A DNA stretch of 64,000 nucleotides from Desulfobacterales bacterium (GTDB taxonomy: Bacteria > Desulfobacterota > Desulfobacteria > Desulfobacterales > UBA2174): positions 256,001-320,000 of the forward strand of contig CAXXWC010000001.1 of NCBI GenBank assembly GCA_963668645.2, read 5' to 3'. Positions 8,965 through 18,678 of the stretch are shown here, piece after piece. Made by a program: the position numbers and the translations under genes. Below the pieces are notes generated by a model. The model saw only the letters and a program-made list of their open reading frames with translations, did no database searches and was not told the DNA's origin. Within the stretch, counting starts at the first letter, position 1. The number at the start of each line of letters is the position of its first letter.

Positions 8965-11379
8965 ATGCCTGCCAAACCCACTTATGAGGAATTGGAGAAA
9001 CGAATCAAAGTCCTTGAAGAAATCATTAAAGGTGAGTCAATACAGGCGGCTGTGGACGCTTCAGGTGTTGCGATAGGTATTTCGGACATCGAAGGATATC
9101 ATTATTATCACAACAAATCACATGGCCGTATGTTCGGCTACACGATAGAAGAACTTTCCCGTTTGACTCCACGCATATTGTTCAGCCAGAAAGATGAATC
9201 GAATGATATTTTCGATACAATTATGTCCGGCGGTTCATGGCAGGGTAAAAACGAAATGGTTGCTAAAAACGGGCGCCGTTTTCCCGCACAGCTTCGAGTA
9301 GATGCCGTAAAAAACAGCAGCGGGAACGCTATCGGAATGATCGGAATCTACACCGATTACACAGAAAATAAAAAAGCTGAGCAGGCGCTTAGGGACAGTG
9401 AGAATAAATTCAGATTGATATCCGAACAATCATTGGTAGGGATACAGTTCATCCAAGACGGCCTGGTAAAATATGCCAATCATGCCTATTGCGATATGAC
9501 CGGATTTTCCATCGATGAAATCATGAACTGGAAACCCTATGAGCATTTAAAACTGGTGCATCCGGATGATCGCGAATTTGTGATAAAAAATGGCCAAATC
9601 AGACAATCTGCCACTTCCGATGCACCGTCTCAGTATGAATTCAGAGGAGTTACAAAAAACGGGGAAGCGAAATGGATCGAATTGTACGCCACCACCTTTT
9701 TATACCAGGAGAAGAAAGCCACCCTTGTGATGTATATCGACATCACCGAACGCAAGAAAGCGCAACAGGCCCTGCAAGAAAGCGAAGAGCGTTTTCGCCT
9801 TCTTTCGGCCGCAGCCTTTGATGGCATCATTATTCACCAGGGGGGCATTCTCATCCGCGCCAACGATCAATACTATAAGATGTTCGGCTACGAAGCCAAG
9901 GAACTGAGAGGCAAGCAGGTCCTGCCGTTGACAATTGCGCCCGAGGCACTGGGGGCCGCCCATAATAAGATCGCCGCCGGAAGCATGGGACCATACAAGG
10001 CCACGGGTCTTAGGAAAGACGGGACCCGATTTCCGGTTGAAGTTCGGGCGCGAGACTGGGAACACGAAGGACGCCAGGTCAGGGTGGCAGCGATCATGGA
10101 CATGACCGAACAGAAGCGGGCCGAAGAGATGCTTCAATACTACAACCGGCGTCTGCAAATTTTGCACCAGATCGACCGGGACATTCTCATTGCCCGCTCC
10201 CCGAAGGAAATCGTCAATGCCGTACTGCAACACATCCGGGGGCTGGTCCCCTGCTGGATGGCCAGCGTGGCGCTTTACGAGCGGGAAACCGGACAAATCA
10301 TTGTCCTGGCCAGCGAAGTCAGCGGCGACACGATGATATTGCCCGGCGCGCAGATACCCGCCCCAGCCGAGTGGGTGGACCGGATGTTGACGGAAAATTG
10401 CCATTTCGTGGAAGACATCGGCACACTATCGGAACCGATCTCGCCCACCGTCCGGATCGCACTGGACGAAGGCATCCGCTCCTATCTGGCCGCTTCACTG
10501 GTGGCCGAAGGAAATCTGATCGGAGAACTGATGCTCTCGCGCAAGATCCCTTCGACCTTTTCACCGGAAGATCTGGAGATCGCCGGTGAGGTCGCCGATC
10601 AGCTCGCCATCGCCATCAACCAAGCGCGGATGAAGCAACAGATCGAACAGCACGCGGCCGAACTGGAGCAAAGGGTCGCCCAGCGTACGCTCGAACTTCA
10701 GGAAATCAACGCCGAGCTGCAAGCTTTCACCTATTCCGTTTCTCACGACCTCAAAGCCCCCTTGCGTGGCATTGACGGCTACAGCCGGTTGCTGTTGCTC
10801 GATTATGTCGACAAACTGGACGAGGAAGGCCAAACATTTCTGCACACCATTCGCGGCGCCACCCAACAGATGAACCAGTTGATTGACGACCTGCTGGCCT
10901 ACTCCCGTCTCGAGCGCCGGTCCATGAAAACCGCCAAACTTGACCCCCGTTCCCTTGCAGAGATGGTAATCGCCGAACGGGCGGACGAACTTCGAGACCG
11001 CCGGGCGACGATAGACTTGGATATCCCTTGTACGACCGTAACCGCAGAAGCCGAAGGCCTGGTCGTGGCGCTTCGCAACCTGCTGGGAAACGCCCTGAAA
11101 TTCAGCCGCGACCTGCCGGCGCCGCACATTGAAATCGGAGGGCGGGAAACCGACAACGCGTGTATTTTGTGGGTTCGCGATAACGGCATCGGATTTGAGA
11201 TGCAGTACCATGATCGCATCTTTGAAATCTTCCAGCGCCTCCACCGGGCCGAAGACTACCCTGGCACCGGAGTGGGCCTTGCCATGGTGCGCAAGGTGAT
11301 GCAGCGCATGGGCGGCCGCGTCTGGGGGGAGAGTACACCGGGCAAAGGCGCGGCATTCTATCTGGAGGTACCGAAATGA
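8965..11379 (+). CDS. Cytoplasmic PAS-PAS-PAS-GAF sensor histidine kinase
   Basis: Three PAS/PAC repeats, GAF, SVSHDLKAPLR H-box, NLLGNALKF, DNGIG and GTGVGLA. Confidence 0.92.
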   Translation: MPAKPTYEELEKRIKVLEEIIKGESIQAAVDASGVAIGISDIEGYHYYHNKSHGRMFGYTIEELSRLTPRILFSQKDESNDIFDTIMSGGSWQGKNEMVAKNGRRFPAQLRVDAVKNSSGNAIGMIGIYTDYTENKKAEQALRDSENKFRLISEQSLVGIQFIQDGLVKYANHAYCDMTGFSIDEIMNWKPYEHLKLVHPDDREFVIKNGQIRQSATSDAPSQYEFRGVTKNGEAKWIELYATTFLYQEKKATLVMYIDITERKKAQQALQESEERFRLLSAAAFDGIIIHQGGILIRANDQYYKMFGYEAKELRGKQVLPLTIAPEALGAAHNKIAAGSMGPYKATGLRKDGTRFPVEVRARDWEHEGRQVRVAAIMDMTEQKRAEEMLQYYNRRLQILHQIDRDILIARSPKEIVNAVLQHIRGLVPCWMASVALYERETGQIIVLASEVSGDTMILPGAQIPAPAEWVDRMLTENCHFVEDIGTLSEPISPTVRIALDEGIRSYLAASLVAEGNLIGELMLSRKIPSTFSPEDLEIAGEVADQLAIAINQARMKQQIEQHAAELEQRVAQRTLELQEINAELQAFTYSVSHDLKAPLRGIDGYSRLLLLDYVDKLDEEGQTFLHTIRGATQQMNQLIDDLLAYSRLERRSMKTAKLDPRSLAEMVIAERADELRDRRATIDLDIPCTTVTAEAEGLVVALRNLLGNALKFSRDLPAPHIEIGGRETDNACILWVRDNGIGFEMQYHDRIFEIFQRLHRAEDYPGTGVGLAMVRKVMQRMGGRVWGESTPGKGAAFYLEVPK

Positions 11380-11801
11380 AAAATATCATCCGCCCGATCC
11401 TGCTTATCGAAGACAACCCGATGGATGTCGATCTTACCCGCCGCGCCTTTTCAAGACGCAAACTGGTAAACCCGCTTGAAGTGCTGCGAGACGGAGATGA
11501 GGCCCTTAATTATATTGGAATCTGGGCGGCCGATGCACCGCTGCCCGTCGTCATCTTGCTCGACTTGAAACTGCCCAAGGTGGATGGGCTGGAAGTTTTG
11601 CGTCAGATGAAGGGGCATCCTAAATTTTGCACCGTGCCGGTTGTCATTCTTACCACTTCTTCTGAAAACTCGGATATCCAAAACGCATATCAACTGGGGG
11701 CCAACTCCTATATCATCAAGCCGGTGGATTTCGAAAAATTCATGGAAGTCGCCGGACATATTGAGCTATATTGGAACGTTCTGAATAAGCCGCCAAGTTG
11801 A
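11376..11801 (+). CDS. Single-domain response regulator (Rcp1-like)
   Basis: LLIEDN, LLDLKLPKVDG, LTTS, GANSYIIKPVDF; ATGA overlap with the upstream kinase. Confidence 0.92.
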   Translation: MKNIIRPILLIEDNPMDVDLTRRAFSRRKLVNPLEVLRDGDEALNYIGIWAADAPLPVVILLDLKLPKVDGLEVLRQMKGHPKFCTVPVVILTTSSENSDIQNAYQLGANSYIIKPVDFEKFMEVAGHIELYWNVLNKPPS

Positions 11802-11870
11802 CATGGAAGTTGAAAGATACGTGTAACGATTCCGGGCCGCAGGTTTCCAGAAGTTCACAAAAGGCAAAGC

Positions 11871-14222
11871 ATGCGCATTTTATACGTAGAAAACGACCCA
11901 CTCGACGCCGATCTGACGCGCCGCCAACTGAGAAAAACGGCGCCCCATTTAGACCTGGAACTGGTCGGCACCCAGAGGGAAGCTCTCGCCCGGCTGTCCG
12001 GGCCGGAAGCTTCGCGTTATGATCTGGTTCTTTCCGACATGCGTTTGCATGACGGTGATGGTCTGGCCATTTTGACCCACATTCGCGCGCGCGAACTGCC
12101 GTTGGCTGTGGTCCTGATCACCGGGTCAGGCGATGAAGAGACCGCCGTCGCCGTACTCAAGGCAGGCGCCAACGATTATGTCGTTAAACGTGGTGATTAC
12201 CTGGCTCGCTTGCCGCTGGCACTCGAGGATGCCCTGCATCATTACCGTGCGGAGGTGACCCGCCAAACTCGCCCTTTGAACGTGCTGTACGCCGAACATA
12301 ATGCCGCAGATATTGATCTGCTGCGCCGCCACCTGGCCACCCGCGCCTCCCATATCCACCTGGATGTCGTCGGCACTGCCACCGAAGCGCTGCAACGCCT
12401 TCCCGAGCGTGGAATCGTCTATGATTATGATATCCTCCTGCTCGACTACCGCCTTCCCGGACTCAACGCATTGGAGATGCTCAAGGAATTATACCAGATG
12501 CGCAGGCTGCAGATACCGGTCGTGCTGGTAACCGGCCAGGGTGACCAGGAAGTGGCATTGCAGGCGCTGAAGTTGGGTGTTTCGGATTATGTTCCGAAAA
12601 ATCCCGGCTATCTCCACCAGCTTCCGAGCGTACTGGAAAACACCTTCCACCGTGCCCAACTGGCCCGCGACCAGACGGCGCTGCGGGAAAGTGAAAGCAA
12701 ATACAGGACACTGGTTGAAAATATTCCCCAGGGGATATTCACCAAGGACACGAACTCGGTCTATGTGTCCTGCAATGAAAACTTCGCCAAAGCGGTGGGC
12801 ATCCGAGCGGATCAAATAGCCGGGAAAACCGACTATGACTTTTTTCCGAAAACGTTGGCAGACAAGTACCGCGCAGACGACAAACGGATCATGAAGGCGG
12901 AAAAGACGGCAGATTTCGAGCAAAAATTCTTCCACTCCGGAAAGGAGTCCTGGATTCATACGATTAAAACCCCTATCCGGCAGCCGGATGGAACGGTTAC
13001 GGGCATCCTGGGCGCCTCCTGGGACATCAGCAAACGCAAGCAGGCTGAAGCGGAAAGGGAAAAGCTCCAGTCGCAGCTCATCCAGGCCCAGAAGCTGGAA
13101 GCGGTCGGGCGGCTCGCGGGCGGGGTGGCCCACGATTTCAATAATATGCTGGGGGTAATTCTCGGCCACGCGGAATTGGCCCTGGATCAACTGGACCCGG
13201 ATCAGCAGGTCTATGCGGACCTGGTCGAAATCCGCAAGGCGGCCGGCCGCTCGGCCGACCTCACCCGCCAGCTGCTGACCTTCGCGCGCAAGCAGGATAT
13301 CACCCCCAGTGTGCTCGACCTGAATGAAGCGGTAAAGGGGATGTTCAAGATGCTGCATCGCCTGATCGGCGAAAACATCAATCTTGTCTGGCTGCCCGGC
13401 GAGGCGCTTTGGCCGGTCAGGATCGACCCGTCCCAGGTCGACCAGATTCTGGCCAACCTGTGCATCAATGCCCGCGATGCCATTGCAGGCGTGGGAGAAG
13501 TGACCATCCAGACCCAAAAAATGATCCTTGACGAGACATACCGCACCGATAACCCCCAGTTCGTCCCCGGCGAGTACGTCATGCTCACCGTGAAAGACAA
13601 TGGCTGCGGAATGGACAAAGAGACCCGGTCCCATCTGTTCGAGCCCTTCTTCACCACCAAGGACGTGGGTGAAGGGACCGGTCTCGGACTAGCCACGGTT
13701 TTCGGCATCGTCAAACAGAACAACGGATTCATCCACGTTGACAGCGATCCGGGATCAGGCACGTCCTTCAAGCTCTATCTGCCGCGGCACGTGGCCTTGA
13801 CAGAGTCAACGCCCCCAAAAAGCACGTCAGAACTGCCGCCCCAGGGTCATGAGACGATTTTGCTGGTGGAAGATGAGCCCGCGATTTTGAACATGGAAAA
13901 GCTGATGCTGGAAAAATTCGGTTACCGGATTCTGACCGCCGCCAGACCGAGCCAGGCTCTCCATGTCGCCAAGGCACATACGGGCCGGATCCACCTTCTG
14001 ATAACCGACATGATCTTGCCCGAGATGGACGGGCGGGATTTGGCCAAAAGCCTGATCTCCCTGAACCCGGAACTCAAGTGCCTGTTTACATCCGGCTATA
14101 CGGACGCCATCATTGCCCGTTACGGCAAATCCGGCGAGGAATTCAACTTCATCCAAAAACCGTTTTCCAAGCAGTCCCTGGCGGTCAAGGTGCGCGAGGT
14201 TCTCGATCAGAACCGGAGCTGA
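11871..14222 (+). CDS. Hybrid kinase REC-REC-PAS-HisKA-HATPase-REC
   Basis: Two N-terminal receiver domains, PAS, LAGGVAHDFNN, NLCINARDA, GTGLGLA and a C-terminal REC domain. Confidence 0.92.
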   Translation: MRILYVENDPLDADLTRRQLRKTAPHLDLELVGTQREALARLSGPEASRYDLVLSDMRLHDGDGLAILTHIRARELPLAVVLITGSGDEETAVAVLKAGANDYVVKRGDYLARLPLALEDALHHYRAEVTRQTRPLNVLYAEHNAADIDLLRRHLATRASHIHLDVVGTATEALQRLPERGIVYDYDILLLDYRLPGLNALEMLKELYQMRRLQIPVVLVTGQGDQEVALQALKLGVSDYVPKNPGYLHQLPSVLENTFHRAQLARDQTALRESESKYRTLVENIPQGIFTKDTNSVYVSCNENFAKAVGIRADQIAGKTDYDFFPKTLADKYRADDKRIMKAEKTADFEQKFFHSGKESWIHTIKTPIRQPDGTVTGILGASWDISKRKQAEAEREKLQSQLIQAQKLEAVGRLAGGVAHDFNNMLGVILGHAELALDQLDPDQQVYADLVEIRKAAGRSADLTRQLLTFARKQDITPSVLDLNEAVKGMFKMLHRLIGENINLVWLPGEALWPVRIDPSQVDQILANLCINARDAIAGVGEVTIQTQKMILDETYRTDNPQFVPGEYVMLTVKDNGCGMDKETRSHLFEPFFTTKDVGEGTGLGLATVFGIVKQNNGFIHVDSDPGSGTSFKLYLPRHVALTESTPPKSTSELPPQGHETILLVEDEPAILNMEKLMLEKFGYRILTAARPSQALHVAKAHTGRIHLLITDMILPEMDGRDLAKSLISLNPELKCLFTSGYTDAIIARYGKSGEEFNFIQKPFSKQSLAVKVREVLDQNRS

Positions 14223-14340
14223 TGCGAACTCCCCTTTTCCCGGAGACGGTTCAGTCTTTTTGAAGCGTTTTTGTTGCCGTTCACGATCTGCCTGCGCGCA
14301 AGGCCTTCTCAAGATCAATTCATTCCATCCGCTTGTCACA

Positions 14341-14451
14341 TCGGGTCGAGGCCTGCGGGTCGGTCCGGCATCCGCCTCCCCTCCCTTCGCAGGCCTCACC
14401 CTCCGCCTGGCTCCGCACCCTTCACTTGACCTGCCTGCTCCTCTGGCTGAC
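14341..14451 (-). repeat. Post-VR homing module copy 1 (IMH region plus downstream hairpin)
   Basis: 111-nt segment homologous to 18568-18678 and absent after the TR. Contains the inverted repeat GAGGCCTGCG (14348-14357) / CGCAGGCCTC (14388-14397). Confidence 0.75.
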
Positions 14452-16684
14452 CTGGGAGGAAGACGAGCCGGAACCCGACGTACAGGGCGCGGCGGCCGGG
14501 GCCGCGCCTGCCGCGGGACGCCGACCGGCAGGACCCGGCCGAGTAGTGCCAGGAACCGCCCCGCAGAACCCGGTCCGAGCCCTGAGCAGGACCTTTGGGA
14601 TCTACAACCTCATTTTCGTCAGCATAGGGAGCGTACCAATCTTCGCACCATTCCCATACATTGCCGTGCATGTCATAAAGCCCCCAGGCATTGGGCACTT
14701 TCTGTGCAACGGGGTGGGTTTTACTCTTCGAATTCTCCCTAAACCAAGCGTAGGTGGACAGTCCGGCGTCCTCATCGCCAAAATGGTATCGGCTTCTGGA
14801 GCCGGCGCGACAAGCATACTCCCATTCGGCTTCCGTGGGCAACCGGAAGCCAACCCCAGGAACATTCCGGTTCATGCGCCGGATAAATTCCTGGGCATCT
14901 TCCCAGGAGACAGTCTCCACCGGGCAACCCGGCCCGCAACTCTTGAAGTGTGAAGGATTGTCCCCCATGACGGACTGCCACTGGATCTGGGTGACCGGGG
15001 TCGATTGTATGAAAAAGCCGCGGGTCAGCTTGACAAAATGGGTTGCCTCTTCATCAAAACGGTCTTGCTCTCTTTTTGAACTGCCCATAATAAATGATCC
15101 CGGCGGGATGAAAACGAATTCCGCATTGAGGGGGCCAAAATCGGCAACGATTCCCTCAAGGGCATCCTGGTTCCAATCCATCAAACCGGTATCCGTCAGG
15201 CTGATCCGGGTTTTCTTCAGCGAGGCCCGGTTGAAAACCGCGCCCTCCAGGTTCGCACCCGAAAGGTTGCATTCAGTCAATTCCGCTCCTGTGAAGCAGG
15301 CCCCGCTGAGATCGCATTTCGAAAAATCAATGCGGGTCAGTACGGCTCCGGATAGATTCAACGCCCTCAAATTCCGCCCATTGAAATTGCCATTTGAATG
15401 TCGAATGCCCCTGCAGTCCAGCAGGTGAGGGAAATTGAGAGCTTTGTCAGCCTGCGTGACAAGCTTAAAGATAAAGTCGGTCACCGGAACCCGACCCTGG
15501 GGCGTGTAGGACGTGTTCTCCATGAGCAGCAGCCGGGCCACCAGAAACTCCTGGATACTCGAATGGGCGAAACGGTAGTCTCCATCGGAATTACGGTTGA
15601 CAAGAGAACGGCCTTTCAGGTCAAGTGACTTGATGGGGCTGACGTCCGAGATCTCCTCGATGAGGGTGTCCAACTCACGCTCGCTGATCTTTCGAAGCTT
15701 CATGACCTGGAGATGGGTCGCCAGGACGACAGAGGCTTCCAGCAGGTCATTTCTGCGGATGCGCCCTCCCTTGGTCTCCTCCCTTTCCAGCCAGCTTTGC
15801 ACCAGGGCCTCGTAAATACGGAATTCGTCATCTTTCTCACCGATGAAAGGAGACTTCATGAGGTCTTCGATATAAGCCAACAGCATCGGTCGGCAGCGCA
15901 GCGAGCCCATTTTCGCGATGATCGCCTTAGCCTCCCGGATCTTTTGCTCGTTGGGAAACAGGCGGAATTTCTTTGGGAAGCGCTTGTCCAGATAGGCCTT
16001 CACCTTCTCTTCACTAAAAAACGAGAGGAATTTCACCGGACAGTTGAACCCGCCGATGGAGATGCGCCCCAAACGATCCATGGGATCTTTTTCGGTTTCG
16101 GGAAAAAACTGAGTGCGGCAGGTTACGATCACCCGGAAAAAGGATTTGGAAGCCTTCAGGATCTCCAGCAACCGCTCCCGGACCCGCCCCAAGGCAACCG
16201 GATCTTCGTCCAGGGAATCCAGAAGGAGGATGGTCTTTCGTTTGTTGGGATTGGCCTCGATTCTGCCCAGGGTGTCCTCACCCAGCTTCTCCAGGACGCA
16301 ATCCGTGCTTTGGGGCCAGAACGAGGTCAGGTGCATCAGTTTGAGCATGTTCAACAGGGCGGTCTTACCCATGCCCGCATCCGAGAGCACAAACATCTGG
16401 TTGAAGCCAGGCCGGTCGCCATGGCCCGGTTTAAAATAACGGTTCAGAGTGGTCATCACCGGATCGCGGGCCAATAGGAGATCGTCTTCTTCCCGGTCCG
16501 CCGGATTGCGGTCCTGGCAGTCCGGCTCCACGTAGTATTTGGCAATCTCAACTGGATCGCCGTAGACCACGTTGTTGATCTTTTCCAGTTCATCCAGCCG
16601 GTTTTTGCGGATGGGCTGGAGACTGCGCCACAGCTTGGGTATCCACTTTACACCAGTGGCAAAGGCGTCCAGTTCCATAGGCAT
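14396..16684 (-). CDS. DGR target 1: NACHT/STAND-like NTPase, pentapeptide repeats, FGE-sulfatase (CLec-fold) domain with VR
   Basis: VLSDAGMGKT (Walker A-like), ILLLDSLDE (Walker B), VIVTCR, FAHSSIQEFL; pentapeptide repeats (NLSGA/DLSGA/NLEGA); [36 protein letters not shown]...GFRLV. Confidence 0.9.
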   Translation of the reverse strand: MPMELDAFATGVKWIPKLWRSLQPIRKNRLDELEKINNVVYGDPVEIAKYYVEPDCQDRNPADREEDDLLLARDPVMTTLNRYFKPGHGDRPGFNQMFVLSDAGMGKTALLNMLKLMHLTSFWPQSTDCVLEKLGEDTLGRIEANPNKRKTILLLDSLDEDPVALGRVRERLLEILKASKSFFRVIVTCRTQFFPETEKDPMDRLGRISIGGFNCPVKFLSFFSEEKVKAYLDKRFPKKFRLFPNEQKIREAKAIIAKMGSLRCRPMLLAYIEDLMKSPFIGEKDDEFRIYEALVQSWLEREETKGGRIRRNDLLEASVVLATHLQVMKLRKISERELDTLIEEISDVSPIKSLDLKGRSLVNRNSDGDYRFAHSSIQEFLVARLLLMENTSYTPQGRVPVTDFIFKLVTQADKALNFPHLLDCRGIRHSNGNFNGRNLRALNLSGAVLTRIDFSKCDLSGACFTGAELTECNLSGANLEGAVFNRASLKKTRISLTDTGLMDWNQDALEGIVADFGPLNAEFVFIPPGSFIMGSSKREQDRFDEEATHFVKLTRGFFIQSTPVTQIQWQSVMGDNPSHFKSCGPGCPVETVSWEDAQEFIRRMNRNVPGVGFRLPTEAEWEYACRAGSRSRYHFGDEDAGLSTYAWFRENSKSKTHPVAQKVPNAWGLYDMHGNVWEWCEDWYAPYADENEVVDPKGPAQGSDRVLRGGSWHYSAGSCRSASRGRRGPGRRALYVGFRLVFLPGQPEEQAGQVKGAEPGGG
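14452..14581 (-). repeat. DGR variable repeat VR1
   Basis: 130-nt ungapped match to TR 16865-16994 with 20 mismatches, all opposite TR adenines (hand alignment). Confidence 0.97.
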
Positions 16685-16689
16685 ACATG

Positions 16690-16864
16690 AAGCTCCTTTT
16701 CAGCGAAGAGATTCAGAGCCAGCCAAAAGGCGGCCGGTGCGGAACCGTCGGCGGGAATCCTCGACCGCCTACCAGCCCCGCACCGGCCTTGCTTTTCGCC
16801 CCGGCCAAGGCCGGGGACGGGATTCCGTCCGGGTCAGCAGGCGGGCTCCGCCGCACCTGGTGAG
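16690..16864 (-). ncRNA. Putative structured DGR RNA spacer 3' of the TR
   Basis: Non-coding gap with stems GGCCGGTGCGG (16732-16742) / CCGCACCGGCC (16778-16788), CCCCGGCC-AA-GGCCGGGG (16799-16816) and GGACGG-GATT-CCGTCC (16815-16830). Confidence 0.5.
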
Positions 16865-16994
16865 CTGGGAGGAAGACGAGCCGGAACCCGATGTTCTGGT
16901 TGCGGTTGCCGGGGTCGTTCCTGTTGCGGTACGCCGACCGGCAGTTCCTGGCCGAGTTGTTCCAGGAACCGCCCCGCAGAACCCGGTTCGAGCT
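16865..16994 (-). repeat. DGR template repeat (TR)
   Basis: Starts immediately after the RT stop codon. Reads [43 protein letters not shown], with 9 AAC codons and 26 adenines; not part of a gene. Confidence 0.97.
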
Positions 16995-17999
16995 TCAGGA
17001 CGGAACCCCAAAGCGGTTAATGATATCTCGACGGAACCCCTTGCATGCAGCGTTCCGGGTAAACTCGATCAGCGGCTCCATATGCCGGACCAGCTCCGCC
17101 TGGGACCAGACGTCTTCCGAATATCGTCTTTCGTATTCCCTGAACTTCAGAACGAAACGCCGCCGGCTCCGGGCCGAAAGCCGGATAACATAGGGAAAAA
17201 GCCGGAAGCCGAGAAACGGAATCCCCTGACGGCAGTGGTTGAGCTGTATGTTTTCTTTCAATTCCAGGGCCAACTCATGATCCAGAAATTTCCGGATGTT
17301 TCTCAGTTCTGTGCTCAAGTAGGACCTGCATGGCCCGAAGCACAGGATGTCGTCCATGTAGCGCACGTAGCCGGGAATTCTGCGCTCCTCTTTGATCCAG
17401 TGGTCGAAACATCCCAGGTAAAAATTGGCCAAATGCTGAGAGATCAGGTTCCCGATGGGCATGCCCTTGCCGGATCGGGTGCAGTAGGTATCCAGAAGTC
17501 TTTGGAAGAGGCCGAGCAGATCCTTGTCTTTGAACCGGCGCGCGAGCAAGTTCTTCATCACAGTGTGATCGATGGAATCGAAATATTTCCGGATATCGAG
17601 CTTCAAATACCAGGGTAACTTCCTGGCATACGCCTGTACTCTGTTCAAGGCTTTGCGGTTCCCCTTGCCCTTTCGGCAGGCGTAGGAGTCGAAAATGGCG
17701 TAGCCCTCCAGCACAGACTCGCACTCGTTCATGACGGCATGGTGCAGCACCCGTTCCGGAAACGATGCGGCGCAGATGTTCCTGGGTTTGGGGTCATGAA
17801 CCTGGAAGAAGCGGTAGTGGCCAATGTCCGGCGAATGGTCGACAAGGTCGCGCCGGATCTTGTCGATATTGGCATCGAAGTCTTTCTGAAAGGCGATCAC
17901 GTCGGGACGGTTTCGCTTGCCTCGCGCGGCTTTCCAGAAAGCCAACCGGAGGTTTTCAGCGTCGCAGATCCGTGGATAAAGGCCGCCGGCCCGTTTCAT
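16995..17999 (-). CDS. DGR reverse transcriptase
   Basis: ENLRLAFWKAARGK, DPKPRNICAASFPERVLHHA, LKLDIRKYFDSIDH, GMPIGNLISQHLAN (DGR-type SQ motif), YVRYMDD, GIPFLGF. 334 aa with no maturase or endonuclease domain. Confidence 0.96.
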   Translation of the reverse strand: MKRAGGLYPRICDAENLRLAFWKAARGKRNRPDVIAFQKDFDANIDKIRRDLVDHSPDIGHYRFFQVHDPKPRNICAASFPERVLHHAVMNECESVLEGYAIFDSYACRKGKGNRKALNRVQAYARKLPWYLKLDIRKYFDSIDHTVMKNLLARRFKDKDLLGLFQRLLDTYCTRSGKGMPIGNLISQHLANFYLGCFDHWIKEERRIPGYVRYMDDILCFGPCRSYLSTELRNIRKFLDHELALELKENIQLNHCRQGIPFLGFRLFPYVIRLSARSRRRFVLKFREYERRYSEDVWSQAELVRHMEPLIEFTRNAACKGFRRDIINRFGVPS

Positions 18000-18487
18000 T
18001 CCTCCACCTTATCGACTTTTTGCCGACCTTCCCGGGACAGGATATCGAGAACGGCCTCGCCATATTTTTCGACCCGACCCTCCCCGACACCTTCGATTTC
18101 CATGAGCTCCGACTTGCTCGTCACCCCGCGCTCCACCATGGTTGCCAGTTGGTGGTTGGTGAAAACCTGATAGACAGCCACGGCTTCCTCGGCAGCTTTT
18201 TGTTTCCGCCAGTCTCTCAGCGCGGCGAAAATAGCGAAGTCCTCCGGAGATAGAACCTCCTTGTAATCCACACGGCCCCGCTGTTTTCCACCTCCAAACG
18301 GCCCGGTCTGAGCGGAATCTCCTGCGAGGTATTCCACAGCGATGCTCCAGAAGGAATTATCCCCCTGCCCGACAAATTCCCTGTGGATATGAACCACGCG
18401 CACACCGCTAAGAAAACGGTTGAGCTCTTCTTCGGATTCCCGCAGGTCACGCACGGGAATCATGAAGAACTTCATCTGAACGGACAT
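17996..18487 (-). CDS. HRDC-domain DGR accessory protein
   Basis: FAALRDWRKQKAAEEAVAVYQVFTNHQLATM...IEGVGEGRVEKYGEAVL is an HRDC signature. ATGA overlap with the RT start; it occupies the position of avd. Confidence 0.88.
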   Translation of the reverse strand: MSVQMKFFMIPVRDLRESEEELNRFLSGVRVVHIHREFVGQGDNSFWSIAVEYLAGDSAQTGPFGGGKQRGRVDYKEVLSPEDFAIFAALRDWRKQKAAEEAVAVYQVFTNHQLATMVERGVTSKSELMEIEGVGEGRVEKYGEAVLDILSREGRQKVDKVEE

Positions 18488-18567
18488 CGCTTTGGACCGC
18501 CTTGTTTCTTTGGAACAAAATCAGTTCATTTTTAGCAGGGCACTGAAGGGAAACGCCCTACCCCACT

Positions 18568-18678
18568 TCGGGTCGAGGCCTGCGGGTCGGTCCGGCATCC
18601 GCCTCCCCTCCCTTCGCAAGCCTCACCCTCCGTTTCGCTCCGCACCTTTTACCTGACCTGCTTGCTTATCTGGCTGAC
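18568..18678 (-). repeat. Post-VR homing module copy 2
   Basis: Homologous to 14341-14451; hairpin GAGGCCTGCG (18575-18584) / CGCAAGCCTC (18615-18624). Confidence 0.75.

Noticed and set aside
16865..16994. This TR as donor for VR3/VR4 (35.2 and 38.4 kb)
   Set aside because: There are many differences at non-adenine positions (GTT CTG CGG GGC GGT TCC TGG versus GTG TTG CGC GGC GGC TGC TTC).
16769..17011. Small ORFs overlapping the TR (16769-17011, 16891-17193, 16572-17618)
   Set aside because: They are alternative-frame or antisense readings of the TR and RT, and the same shadow peptides recur at the VRs.
16995..17999. RT as a group II intron, retron or Abi RT
   Set aside because: It is short, has no maturase or endonuclease domain, carries the SQ motif, and sits next to a TR with adenine-specific VR pairs.
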